The position numbers and the translations under genes are program-made. DNA of 64,000 bases from positions 68,256,258-68,320,257 of the forward strand of contig NC_090388.1 of the NCBI RefSeq assembly GCF_036365525.1. Reading direction: 5' to 3'. This document shows, piece by piece, positions 21,620-33,900 of this stretch. Origin of the DNA: Heterodontus francisci (Eukaryota). Numbering within the stretch: the first letter of the stretch is position 1; every line of letters begins with the position of its first letter. A model generated the notes under the pieces. That model was not told where the DNA came from and did not search any database. It saw nothing but the letters and a program-made list of their open reading frames with translations.

Positions 21620-23230
21620 TTACATCCTGTGCTTTAAACCCCTGCGCCCTTTCACTCTGTCTTGCTAAGCTTCATCCATCACATCACCCATCACATCCAC
21701 TCAGCTTTCAGCAGCACCCAGTCTTCACTTTTTATGCACTTCATTTCTGAATCCATCTTTGCCACTCACCCCAATCCTTATACAATGTGATGCATCTGCC
21801 TGATAGTCACCTGCACCAAATGCACTGCATCTACTGGGTGAATACATGATCTTCAGTCACTCCCTGGACTGTTTTCTTGCTCCTTGTAGAAGGGAGCACA
21901 CAAATGCAAGGGAGAGTGAGAATACTGGAGGTAGGCTCACAGTTGCACCAGAGGATGCTATGGACTAAGTGGCACATCTACACCCTATCAATCGGAGATG
22001 CAGAGTCAGGGAAATCACAGAAAGCTGGTGACAATTATAAATATCTCTGGCACACATATTCTGATTTCATCAATGACTGAACAATGAGAAGACTGAATAT
22101 GGTGATTGTCAAGATTGTAATGTTGCCACAACTAAATCGTGTCCCTCTATTTTGTCTCCCAGGCGTACAGCAAGTGTCGCAAAAAAGTATGAGGACGAGT
22201 TCTCAGAGGACTTCTTTCTTTCTGAAAGTGCACCATCAAAGGACATATAGCCATACACCAGCACAAATACTTTAGTGGGTCTTCCTAGACAGTTAGTTGG
22301 GTTTGCACCTGGTAATTTACACATCACAAGTGAATGCGAGCAGAAACTGGTGGCAGGGGCAACTGTGGCGAATCTGTGTCAGAGGTGCAGTCTTCCCCAA
22401 GCTCTTCTCAGCTGAACACAGATGCTGAACCACGGGACCTATTACTGTGAATGAGAATGCAAAAGAGAGATCAGTAACTTAGTGAGGTACTGACAGACAT
22501 GCTACGCACACACACTCTCCACAATGGCAGGGAGGAAGGAGGAGTCCAACTCGGTCACGAGTGGGTTGATGGTGCAGTTAATTGTGAGAATGTCTGCCGT
22601 GGAGAGAGTGTCCACCTCCATGGAACTTCAATCAAGGATCTGAAATAAATCCATGCAGGCTATTAGCACGGCTGTGCTGACTTTGCAGGCTAACATGTCT
22701 GCTGCTTTAAACAGGACGTCTGGTACCTTAAACATGACCTAACAAAGCATCACTGATCTTCACCAAGCTGGTCTGCAACAGGGTGGTAGGAGTGATGTGG
22801 TACTGGCCCAAGAGAGGCATAATGGTGAAAGGGGACATGGAAGTGATAAGTCCATTCAAACTGCTCCTATTTCTCATTCATTGACTCCCACCACCGACCC
22901 CCTCAGCCCATAACTGGCACACTGCCTTGTCTTCTGATGGTCCAGTGTGACCCTGCACAGGCGCAGGTAGGACAGTCTTTGACAGGGCCCCGAAGGGCTC
23001 CAAAACCCAAAGTTCATAGGCCAAAAGCATTTTGACAGTCAAAGTAGGGATCTGAGCAGGCTGCCTTTCCCTCTGCTGAAGCCACAGTGGTTCCACCATG
23101 TAGAAGCAATAGGAAGCATAAGAGAAAGCTATCATAATTCACCAAGGGTGTGCACATGACAGTTTGCCAAAATGTTATGTTGTTTAGTTTCCTTTTCTTA
23201 TAACACCACATAAAATTTACTGATTTGCAC
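21620..23230 (+). mobile_element. highly degenerate Harbinger Myb-like gene relic
   Basis: agggagcacacaaatgcaagggagagtgagaatactggaggt resembles the (K)RAHNARER..TGGG motif of Harbinger Myb-like proteins; the remainder is weakly similar to 7400-8260 reversed. Confidence 0.4.
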
Positions 23231-23749
23231 CACTTCCACATCTTGCTCATTACTGGGTCTCGAGTGTCATCTTGCTGTTTCACTTGCATCATGATGAATG
23301 CCAATGCACGATGGAACCCATTGGCTGGACGTACAATGGACAGATGCCTGGTTGAAGGATTATTTAGTGAAAAGGGAAGGGCCTGGGGTGAGGGAGGGGT
23401 TGGTGCTGGTAGTGGGAGCGAACCAGAAAATTTCATTTGTGATGTTATCACTAGCTGAACCACTGGCATTAATATACACAGCTGATCTGCTGATAAATAC
23501 CAGTGCTCAGGCACCCCTCAGTCCAGACAACTTGGAAGAGCCTGACTTGGATGGTATTGGCTAAAAATGTGTGGCTCCATGGAAATGATTCATGCCTATG
23601 GATAACTTGGCAGAAGGAGAGAAGTCGGTGGGAGCACTAGCATTGCTTTTTGTTATTCACAGGTAGGGTGATAATTACCTAGTTTATTTGTAATTTAAAA
23701 CAATTTGGTCCTGTATCCGTTTGTAGCTAGGCCAATAATTTTACCAAGT

Positions 23750-24525
23750 ATGTGCTGCACAGAAACAGGCCATTTGGCCCAGCAGGACCATGTTTGCTCC
23801 ACATGAGCCTCCTCCATCCCTCTTCATCGAACCCCATCAACATATCTTCTATTCCTTTCTCCTTCATGTGCTTATCTAACTTACCATTGAATGCATCTAC
23901 GTTATTCGTCTCAACTACTCCCTGTGGTGGCGAGTTCCACTTTCTAACCTGGGTGAAGAGTTTCTCTTGAATTCCCTTTTGGATTTATTAGTGTCAATCT
24001 TATATTTATGGCCCCTAGTTCTGGTCGAGCCTGAAAGTAGAAACATCTTCTTTATGTCTATCCTATCAAACCCTTTCATAATCTTAAAGACCTCTATCAA
24101 GTCACACCTCAGTCTTCTCTTTTCTAGAGAAATGAGCTCCATCCTGTTCAATCTTTCCTGATAGCTATAACTTCTCAGTTCTGGTATCAGCCTAATAAAT
24201 CTTGTTTGCACTTTCTCCAGTGCCTCTATATCCTTTTTATAATTTGGAGACCTGAACTCCTCACAGTTCTTCAAGTGTGGTCTAACCAAGGCTCTAGACA
24301 AGTTTAACATAACTTCTCTGCTGCTAGAAATGAACCCCAGTGCTTTGTTTGCTTTTTTATGGCCTTATTAACCTGCATTACTACTTTTAGTGATTTGTGT
24401 ACCTGTACTATGTACTTTATGATCTCTCTGTTCCTTCTCCCCATTTAGACACTTATTTTCTAAGGAGTATGTGGCCTTTATATTCTTCCTGCTAAAATTT
24501 ACTACCTTAGACTTATCTATACTGA
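23750..24525 (-). mobile_element. CR1 LINE 3' fragment
   Basis: RALVRPHLKNC...LEKVQTRFIRLIP...RCDLIEVFKIMKG...TRGH. Confidence 0.85.
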
Positions 24526-24955
24526 AGGGTGGAATTTCAGTTGGAATCCACATGGAATAAGTTGGATCCAGAGACAATTGCTGAGGTAGGAGATGTGGCT
24601 GTGAAAACAAGTTTTGGGAGATACCCTAGCGGCAGAGAAATTATGTTAAACTTGTTTAGAGCCTTGGTTAGACCACACTTGAAGTACTGAGCGTTGTGAT
24701 AGATACCTGATCCAACATGAGAACAGAAATAGAAAGCAATGAAGATGAACAAGTTAAAAGAGACAAATGGTAATCACATCAGAGAGAAGAGCAGAACTTC
24801 TTCAAGGTAGGCATTCCTGGAAGAGAATTGGCAGTGAATTAAACACTAATACGAAGCAAAATACGGCAGATGTTGGAAATCTGGAAAAACCCCAGAAAAT
24901 ACTGGAAATACTCAGCACATCAGGCAGCATCTGTGGAGAGAGAAACAGAGTTAAG
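24525..24955 (-). mobile_element. Penelope 5' region/pLTR; its last ~35 bp are displaced to 35462-35495 by the Harbinger insertion
   Basis: Homologous to 25935-26255; gagttaa at 24948-54 rejoins aacatttcaggtcaatgacctttcaacagaac at 35462. Confidence 0.7.
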
Positions 24956-25304
24956 GCGTGGAATGTTATGAGTGCTGCGGTGTCCCCGACGGCAGGACTG
25001 GAAGTTGTCATAACTTCTGCTCCTGCCACGGACTCCGTTTCCCACATGATTTTGTATTTAAACTAGCCAAGTGGCAACGAGCATGGGGAACACGTGAGAT
25101 CATGCGATGGGGGTGGTAGAAACTGAAGGAAATTATGTGAACTCATGTGAAGCACATGTTAAGCACATGATTAACGTGCCTCTGTTTGTGTCTCCACTGC
25201 AGGTGCCCGCACTCGACTAGCAGAACACCACGTGGCTCAAGATTCTGCCTCTGGGGAGGGAAAAGAAGCCAATGCCCCAGCAGGTGCACCGTCACCTGGC
25301 TCTT

Positions 25305-26262
25305 CCTCCACGGCTGATGTCTCGCCGACAGTTTGCAATGAAAAGATCAAAAGCCGTTAAGAAGGAGGGGTGCAGGTGGAGGGAGAATCTGGAGGTGGGT
25401 GAATGGGTCTGCTGATCGGGGGAAGGACTCCTGGTCAAAGATGTGAAACAGGAGGCGAAGGCAATGGAAGAAGAGCTCAACGTAATGTCGAGCGTGAAAT
25501 TCATTGAGGTGGGGGTGGAAGGGGATAAAATTGAGTCCTTTGTTGAGTACAGATTGTTCAGCGTCAGAGAGGGGAAGTTCAGAGGGTATAGTGAATACAC
25601 GGCAAGGGGTCAGATCAGAAGGGATGGGGTCAGAGGAAAGAGAAGAGAAAGAACGATCTGGAGGGACATTAGTCCCCATTGGCTGCTGGAGTTTGTGTTC
25701 CTTGACACCTGAACAGAGGAGTAAAAGTTTTTTGTTAATGCGCGGATAAGACGAAGGATGAAATGTAACTGCGGAGCAGGACAGTTTTGAGATAAGGTGA
25801 GGTGGTGCTTCTGGAGAGAGAGGTCAAGTGTGTACATGTGGCACTGAGTGTGGATCTCAGGATGCGGTGAGAACAGCAGTCCGAGGAACGTTGTATTTCT
25901 CGGAGATACCTGTGATCCTGGGTGGATTCAAAACATGAAGGATGAAACTTCAGGTGGAATCCACGTGGAATAAGTCGGAGCCGGAGACAGTCACGGAGGA
26001 AGGATTTGTGGCCGTGAAAACGAGTTTTGGTAGACACTTTATCAAACACCAGGAGGGAAATAGAAAGCAATGAAGGTGAACAAGGTAAAAGAGACAAAAG
26101 GAAATCCCGTCAGAGAGAAGAGCAAAACCTCTTCAAGGTAGGCATTCCTGGATGAGAAGTGGCAGTGAATTAAACACTAAAATAAAAGCAAAATAATGTG
26201 GATGCTGAAAATCTGAAATAAAAACAGAAAGTGCTGGAAATACTTAGCAGGTCTGACAGTAT
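25305..26262 (-). mobile_element. Penelope-like element, pLTR and N-terminal ORF region
   Basis: KTRFHGHKSFL.DCLRLRLIPRGF.LKF...LSDAEQSVLNKGLNFIP...ELFF..LRL...DLFIANCRRDI is a typical PLE N-terminal domain, with frameshifts. Confidence 0.8.
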
Positions 26263-26679
26263 CTTAATGTTGTGTTATAACAGTAATGCTTTGCTTGGTT
26301 ACAGATGGATACAAAAAAGTTTTTTGGAGGCCTATGGCAGGAACACAATGATGTTTGCAAAGCATCTCAGGAAATGTCCAGAATTTGAGCCTTCACTCCT
26401 CAATGATGGCTGCTTTCCTATTGATGATTAACAACTTTTTCAAATACTGTCATGCCTTACTTTTGTTTTTTATAGTCATAACTTAACGCTGCTTGCAGTG
26501 GTGTGTAGTCACATTCATCGTAGCCCATGGATGATTTCAAATGCCAATTACATGAAAGTGCAGCCACGCTTCGTTAAGATTGCAGAGATGAATAAGATCC
26601 CAAGCAAAAGGTAACTTCTGTGGGGAATTGTTATGTTTCTCCTCCCAATGTTTCTTGATGATGTGACATTGTTGGCTGA

Positions 26680-27071
26680 AATGTGCATAAATTCGGTTCT
26701 CCCTGATGTCCTTTGCATGTCTCTCCACGGCCCTCATATCAATGACGGCATTGTTGTCCTCTTCCTCATCCTCTTCGTAGTCACCCTCATCTGAGGAGGA
26801 TTGGTGAACCTCCTGTTCCTCTGCCTGCAGAATATTGCTGTGTCTAGTTGCAAGGTTGTGCAAGGCAGAGCAGACAATGATTATTCGTGACATCATCTGT
26901 GGTACGTACTGAAGAGCCCCTTCAGACTGGTCAAGGCAATGGAATCACATTTTCAGCATGCCAATGATGTGCTCAATGATGGCCCTGGTGGATGCGTGAA
27001 CGACATTGTACCTCGCTTCAGCAGCGCTTTGGGGATGACGCACTGGTGTCATCAACTATGTGCAAAGTGGG
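26680..27071 (-). pseudogene. Harbinger transposase (HARBI1-like) C-terminal half
   Basis: PLCT*LMTPVRHPQSAAEARYNVVHASTRAIIEHIIGMLKM*FHCLDQSEGALQY...CSALHNLA, followed by an acidic tail. Confidence 0.85.
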
Positions 27072-27332
27072 CGTTATATATTGTTATACTATTTATAAAG
27101 TGCTGGGAACCAATTAGCTAGGAACTAATTGATAAGTGTAAGCATTCCAGTGGGGCCACAATCACAGCTGCACTGGAGAGTCATGTGATGTGTAATAGGA
27201 AACCAGTCTCAAGCAGTCCTACAGCAGGCAGCATGCTGGCTGAATGAATAAACCAAAACTCCAGCCTTTCCAAGTTTAAGGTGTGATTATTTCCAACACC
27301 TGGGAACCAGAAAACAACCAGAAGATGTAACA
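27072..27332 (+). repeat. Gypsy 5' LTR
   Basis: (C)GTTATATA...GTAACA; direct repeat of 32678-32927. Confidence 0.9.
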
Positions 27333-28924
27333 TGGTGGCAGAGAGTGTCTGTGAGTAAACTTAGAACATTTTAAAAGAAATAGATTGAGAAAATTTGACC
27401 CAAATTAATGTCAGAGAGAGAGAAAGAAGAACTGAGTGACTTGTGTGAAAACGAAAAACAAAATGTCAGCCGGGACAGGAATGAATGCACAGCTACAGCC
27501 CATAATGAATTGGGAAGCCGATGATGTCGTAGAGGCACTTGAGAAGTTTAAACAAAAGTGCAGATTGACATTCAGTAGTATCTTAAAAGGCGCCAGTGAA
27601 GAGCAGAGGCTCAGCTATAACCTTCCGTGGGCAGCTGGGACCCAAGTGAAGAAGTCAGCAGAAACCCAGACAACATTTTTTACAGATTCAGCACCCATCT
27701 CCAGCCAAAATCAAATCATCGGATATACCGATATGAATTTCAAGGATTCAGACAGAAATGAGGTAAGCCTATTGACAATTTTGTAACAAGATTGAAAAAT
27801 GCAGCCAGAATGTAAATTTAAGGACACAGATGAACGGCTGATAAATCAGCTTATTTGGGGTTCTGCAAATCCTAAAGTACAGAAAGCTCCAATCAGAAAG
27901 GACAAGCTCACAATATCGCAGGCTGTAGATACCGCCAGAGCACGTGAAGCCACGAGTAGACAGATGGAGATACTGACTACCCAAACGGCTAGCCTTCAGT
28001 TAAGCAAAGAGAAAGGCAGCAGGGTTGATGCAGTGAAACAACAATGAATGAATGTACACCAGACAGAGAGAAAGACGTGCAGGAGCTGTGGACGACTACA
28101 CGAATTGACAGACAGAAGGAACTGTCCCGCATATGGATCAATCTGAAGAGTTTGTGGAAAGACCAATCACTGGGGAAAAGATGTGCAGAACAAGACAATA
28201 AGGTGGTAGACGGGTCACCAGAGCCAGAGTAACAGGGCGAATGAGTATTGAAAGAAACCAAAACATTCATACCCTGGAAGATGACGATGGGTTTGAAAAC
28301 ATGATACAACTGCACAAAATGTCTGGATGCGACAGTTCCCAGAGAAAAGAAATTCACACAACCATTCAGGATCAGGAAGAGGGTGAGAAGTAAGCTCACA
28401 ACGATAAATCTGAAGGTGAAGATTGATACTGGAACACAGAGTAACATCAGCCCACTCAGATTATATCTGAAAATCTTTCCTGAAAATTTAGAAGAAAATG
28501 GTTATCCAAGGAAAGGTGCTCTGAAACCAAACAATGTCATGCTAACGGCATATGGGGGAACTAAGATTCGACAGCGAGGAACAACCCAAATCAGAGGGAC
28601 ACACAAAGGAAAAGATGTTAACTATATGTTCTACGTCACTGAAACAGATAGTCCTGGTATCCTGGGGTTGAGTAGTTGCAAAGAGCTGCAGATTATCTCA
28701 GTAAACCATGAGGTGAAGGAGGCGACACTGAGGGTTGAAGACAGTACACCCATTGAACAGCGCCCTCCAATCAGAAGCAAAGAAGATCTGGTACAAATGT
28801 AGCCAGAGTGTTTTGATGAGAATGTTGGATGCTTTGAAGATTTTGAGTATCACATCACTATTGGCCCAGCGATGAAACCAGTGATTCATCCCCCACGTAA
28901 CATACCAGGAGAACTAAAAGGAAA

Positions 28925-29046
28925 CAAATGCAAAATACTGCATATGCTGGAAATCTGAAATAAAAACAAGAAATGGTGGAAATACTCAGCAGATCAGACA
29001 GCATCTGTGGAGGGAGAAGCAGAGTTAACGTTTCAGGTCAGTAACC
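28925..29046 (-). mobile_element. short Penelope-derived insertion in Gypsy pol
   Basis: Perfect 11-bp TSD CTAAAAGGAAA (28914-24 / 29047-57). Confidence 0.85.
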
Positions 29047-31376
29047 CTAAAAGGAAAGCTTGAAAGAGAGCTCCAAGAAATGGAAGAAAAGGTGATCGCC
29101 AAAGTCACAGAGCCAACGGATTGGATAAATTCTATCGTGGTGAGAGAGAAGTCAAACGGACAGCTAAGAATTTGCCTAGATCCCAAAGATCTTAACCAAG
29201 CAATAAAGAGGGATCACTACCCTATTCCCACACTGGAAGAGATCACACCAGCACTGGCAGGGGCAAAGGCTTCAGCAAGCTTGATGCCAGAAATGGCTAC
29301 TGGAATGTGAAGCTAGACGCAGAATCTAAATTGTTGACAACATTCAGAACACCCTTTGGACGATACAAATTCCTGTGTCTACCTTTTGGCCTCAAAGTGA
29401 GCCAGGATGTGTTCCAACAGAAAGTAGACTAGACATACAAGGGATGCAAAGGAGCAGTCGGCATAGCAGATGATATCCAGATATATGGTGTAGATGAAAA
29501 AGATCATGACAACCATCTACATGAAGCCATGGAGAGAACCAGGAAAGCTGGGATTAAGCTAAACACAGACAAATGCAATGTGAAAGTGACAGAATGCCAG
29601 TTCTTTGGAATGGTGTACACACCTGTCGGAGTCAAGCCGAGTCCTGAAAGAATCTCAGCCATCTCTGGGATGGAATCCCCAAGAGATAAGAGAGAGTTAG
29701 GAAGATTCCTGGGCTTGATCCAATACATGAGCTCCTTCATTCCTCATATGTCGGAACACACAGCAAACCTGCGAGAGTTGATGAAAGAAGTAGAGTACCA
29801 GTGGTCAGAATCACATGACAGGAGTTTCAACAAACTCAAAAAAGTAGTATGCAAGGAGACAAGTCTGTCATACTACGACAGGCAGAAATCTGCAAGTAGA
29901 TGCTTCCACTGAAGGACTGGGAGCAGCCCTGGTACAAGAGGGAAAACCAATAGCATTTGCATCCAAAGCTCTAACATGAGCTGAGACAAGATATGCCAAC
30001 ACAGAAAGAGAGCTTTTTGACAGTCATGTATGGATGTGAGAGGTTCCACATATATCTCTATGGGAGGAAGTTCACAGTGGAGAGTGAACATCGTCCACTG
30101 GAGCAGATCTACAAGAAAAATCTGTGTAAAGCACCAGCAAGACTGCAGAGGTTACTCTTGAGGCTCCAGAGTTACGATTTCACTCTGAAGTACAAGCCAG
30201 GAAGAGAAATGGTGCTGGCAGATACCCTATCTCGGTTGTCATCACAGGAGAAACATGAGATAGAAGATCTAGGTATAAAGATTCATCACCTAGTGAATGT
30301 AACACCACCGAAACGGAGTCAAATTAGAGATGAGACCAGCAAAGACAAGGAGTTACAGATGCTATCTCAGCAAGTGATCCAGGGATGGCCTGATAAAATA
30401 CAGCAAACACAGTCAGCAATACGGCAGTACTGGTCTATCAGAGATGACATCTCACTAGAAGATGGTGTTCTGCTGGCGGATCCAGAATAATCATACCCAA
30501 AAGAATACAGGAAGAACTTCTCCAGAAGATATATGAAGGTTACATGGGAATGGAGAAGTGGAAGCTCAGAGCCAGATCAGCTGTGTACTGGATAGGCGCA
30601 TTTAGAAAGACATTGGAAATACAGTGTCTACATGCAATATATGCCAGAAGTACTGAAACACAAAGCAGAAAGAGATGACAGTTACTGATGTACCACCCAG
30701 ACCATGGCACACAGTAGGAGCTGATTTATTCACACACAATCAAGAATGGTCTCTCATCATCATAGACTCAAAGTTCCCTTTTATCCGGAAGGTGAAAGAC
30801 TTGAGAGCCAGAATAATAATCACAGCAGTACGAGTTCTGTTCACTGAGCAAGGGATTCCTGAAAGCCTAATATGTAACAATGGCACCCAATTCACATCAG
30901 AGAATTAAGGAATTCGCTGACCAGTATGGGTTCAATACCATCACTTTATCACCACACTACCCATGGGGACATGGATTTATAGAAAGACACATCCAGATGG
31001 TCAAAAGAACACTTGTGAAATGCCAAGAGATGAAGGAAGACACAAACCTGGCCTTACTGTCACTCCGATCCACACCTCTCAAGGCTGACCTGAAATCACC
31101 TGCAGAGCTGTTGAATGGAAGAAAATATAAGACAACTCTGCCAAGCAAAATACATCCTTCAAGTGACCAGGAGAAAGTGAGACAACAACTCACTGAAGCA
31201 CAGGTAAGAGGACAGCAACACTTCAACAAGTATGCTAAATCCCTACCCGAGCTGTTTAAAGGACAAACTGTACATGTACAGGATCCAATCATGAAAACCT
31301 GGAGCCCAGCAAAAGTTGTTGGTGAAGCTGAGACCCCAAGGTCATACATCACTGAGACTGAAACAGGTAACCAAAT

Positions 31377-32290
31377 GAACAAAGAACAGTACAGCAGAGG
31401 AACAGGCCATTCGGCCCTCCAAGCCTGCGCCGATCTTGATGCCTGCCTAAACTAAAACCTTCTGCACTTCTGGGGACCGTATCCCTCTATTCCCATCCTA
31501 TTCATGTATTTGTCAAGATGCCTCTTAAACGTCATTATCATACCTGCTTCCATCACCTCCCCCGGCAGCAAGTTCCAGGCACTCACCACCTTCTGTGTAA
31601 AGAACTTGCCTCACACATCCCCTCGAAACTTTGCCCCTCTCACCTTAAACCTGTCCCCTAGTAACTGACTCTTCCACCCTGGGAAAAAGGTTCTGACTAT
31701 CCACTCTGTCCATGCCGCTCATAACTTTGTAAACCTCTATCATGTCGCCCCTCCACCTCCGTCGTTCCAGTGAAAACAATCCGAGTTTATCCAACCTCTC
31801 CTCATAGCTAATACCCTCCAGACCAGGCAACATCCTGGTAAACCTCTTCTGTACCCTCTCCAAAGCCTCCACGTCCTTCTGGTAGTGTGGCGACCAGAAT
31901 TGCACGTAATATTCTAAGTGTGGCCTAACTAAAGTTCTGTACAGCTGCAGCATGACTTGCCAATTTTTATACTCTATGCCCCGACCGATGAAGGCAAGCA
32001 TGCCATATGCCTTCTTGACTACCTTATCCACAAGTGTTGCCACTTTCTGTGGACCTGTACGCCCAGATCTCTCTGCCTGTCAATACTCCTATGCCATTTA
32101 CTGTATACTTTCCACCTATATTAGATCTTCCAAAATGCATTACCTCACATTTGTCTGGATTAAACTCCATCTGCCATTTCTCCGCCCAAGTCTCCAACTG
32201 ATCTATATCCTGCTGTATCCTCTGACAATCCTCATCACTATCCGCAACTCCACCAACCTTTGTGTCGTCCGCAAACTTACTGATCAGACC
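31377..32290 (-). mobile_element. CR1 LINE 3' fragment inserted in the Gypsy integrase C-terminus
   Basis: VVKKAYGMLAFIGRGIEYK...LYRTLVRPHLEY.VQFWSP...RGDMIEVYK. Confidence 0.9.
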
Positions 32291-32677
32291 AGACCAGAGA
32301 AGGAACTGAATCCATATTCAACCTACACCTGACCTGGAAAAGCAGAAAAGACCATCAACAACACCGGAACCATCATTATCCAGCGAGACAACATTAACAA
32401 CATCACCAGCAAGTGACACAATATTGACTGTGCAGCGTGCCAACTCACCACTGAGAGCAACAAATGCCAAATCTACAAGATGGAGGTGCAGCATCTTACC
32501 TCCCAAGCGATACTGTGAATAATATTTTTAGGAAAGAATACACACTATGAAAAGCTCTGAAAAAGGGGTTCAGATTATTTCCAAAAGTCAGTTGATAATC
32601 TTCTTTAGTTTAATGAAAAGTTAATGACTGGGACAGTTATATTGATATAGTGCATTATGTTTTTAAAGAAAAAGAGA

Positions 32678-32927
32678 TGTTATATATTGTTATACTCTTT
32701 GTAAAATGCTATGAACTAATTAGCTAGGAACTAACTGATATGTGTAAGTGTTCCAGTGGGGCCACATTCACAGCTGCACTGGAGAGTCACGTGATGTTTA
32801 ACAGGAAACCAGTCTCAAGCAGTCCTACACCAGGCAGTATGCTGCCTGAATGAATAAACCAAGACTCCAGCCTTTCCAAGTTTAAAGTGTGATTATTTCC
32901 AACACCTGGGAACCAGAAGACATAACG
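32678..32927 (+). repeat. Gypsy 3' LTR
   Basis: TGTTATATA...CATAAC(G); roughly 20-25 substitutions versus the 5' LTR by manual alignment, plus an 11-bp indel. Confidence 0.9.
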
Positions 32928-32932
32928 GGGAG

Positions 32933-33263
32933 TACAGCATGGCTATCTGACCTGAACCTGACTGGGCCCGACAACATGCATGGGGTTCGGGTCGGGTTGC
33001 TTGTCCAGGTCCGGCATTGGGGCCAGGGTCGGGTCGGGTCGGACACAGTGACAGCCAGCAAGTCAAGGTGGGAAACACTCCGCACTTGTCTGTAGTGAGC
33101 GATTCCATCCAAGGCAGAGCACAACTTCTTTAATATAAACAACTTTATTCTGGTGGTTGGGTTGGTTCGGGCGCCAGAAAAAAATCAAAGGACTAGGGCC
33201 GGGTCGGATGTGGCTCTGTCAGGCTTGGGCCGGGTTTCATTTGCAGATCCGAGTAGGCCTTTA
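32933..33263. mobile_element. non-autonomous hAT MITE, copy 3
   Basis: Perfect 8-bp TSD ACGGGGAG (32925-32 / 33264-71); right TIR AGTAGGCCTTTA. Confidence 0.85.
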
Positions 33264-33271
33264 ACGGGGAG

Positions 33272-33900
33272 TAACCCTCGTCACCCAGGATCCATCCATC
33301 CACTTCGGCTGATTCCTCGAAAACAGCTGGCAGCTGGGAGTTCCTCAAAATATAGGAGTCATGACAGCTCCCTGGGAAACGTGCACAAACATGCATGATT
33401 CTTCTCCTGTGGTCACAAACCAGTTGTACGTTTAAAGAGTGGAAGCCTTTGCGATTGACAGGCTGGTCCCAGGGAGCTCTAATGGCCACATGAGTACAGT
33501 CGATCACTCCTTGCACCTTGCTGTCTGTCTACAGGTATGTAGATGAAATCATTGGCACGTTGATAAAGGGCATTAGTTACCTCTTTGATGTACCTGTGGG
33601 TCGCAGACTGCGAAATACCACATATGTCGCCCATTGATCCCTGGAATGCAATAGTAACCTTGAGGGTAAGTGGCATAGGCTTCCCAATGAAAACAAGTAG
33701 CTGCAGGTAATGCCAAAGGATCGGACACATTTCTGTCGCCACTGCAAGACATGCTCATGCTTCTCTGGCATTGCCTTGCTGACATGTGAAGATAATGTGT
33801 CCTTGTCCTGCGGACGTGATAATATGCCCATCTTTGATAATGCCTTTCCTGCATGACTTCATTCTGAGCAGCCTCGCCCTCTTGTGCTGCCTGCTGCTCC
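33272..33900 (-). pseudogene. Harbinger transposase (HARBI1-like) N-terminal half
   Basis: YLHMSARQC..., [45 protein letters not shown]...GWILGDEGY. Confidence 0.88.

Larger units (their letters stand above)
27072..32927 (+). mobile_element. full-length Ty3/Gypsy LTR retrotransposon (Mag/K02A2.6-like), degenerate
   Basis: Paired LTRs, PBS TGGTGGCAGAG at 27333 and PPT AAAGAAAAAGAGA at 32665-77. Coding motifs: gag with a two-knuckle CCHC relic (~28078-28185), protease KIDTG, RT LRICLDPKDLN / IADD, RNase H, integrase PWHTVGADLF...NGTQF...GFIER. Confidence 0.92.

Noticed and set aside
33193-33516. host HARBI1 gene
   Set aside because: Stops, frameshifts, a Gypsy insertion and flanking TIRs indicate a dead transposon.
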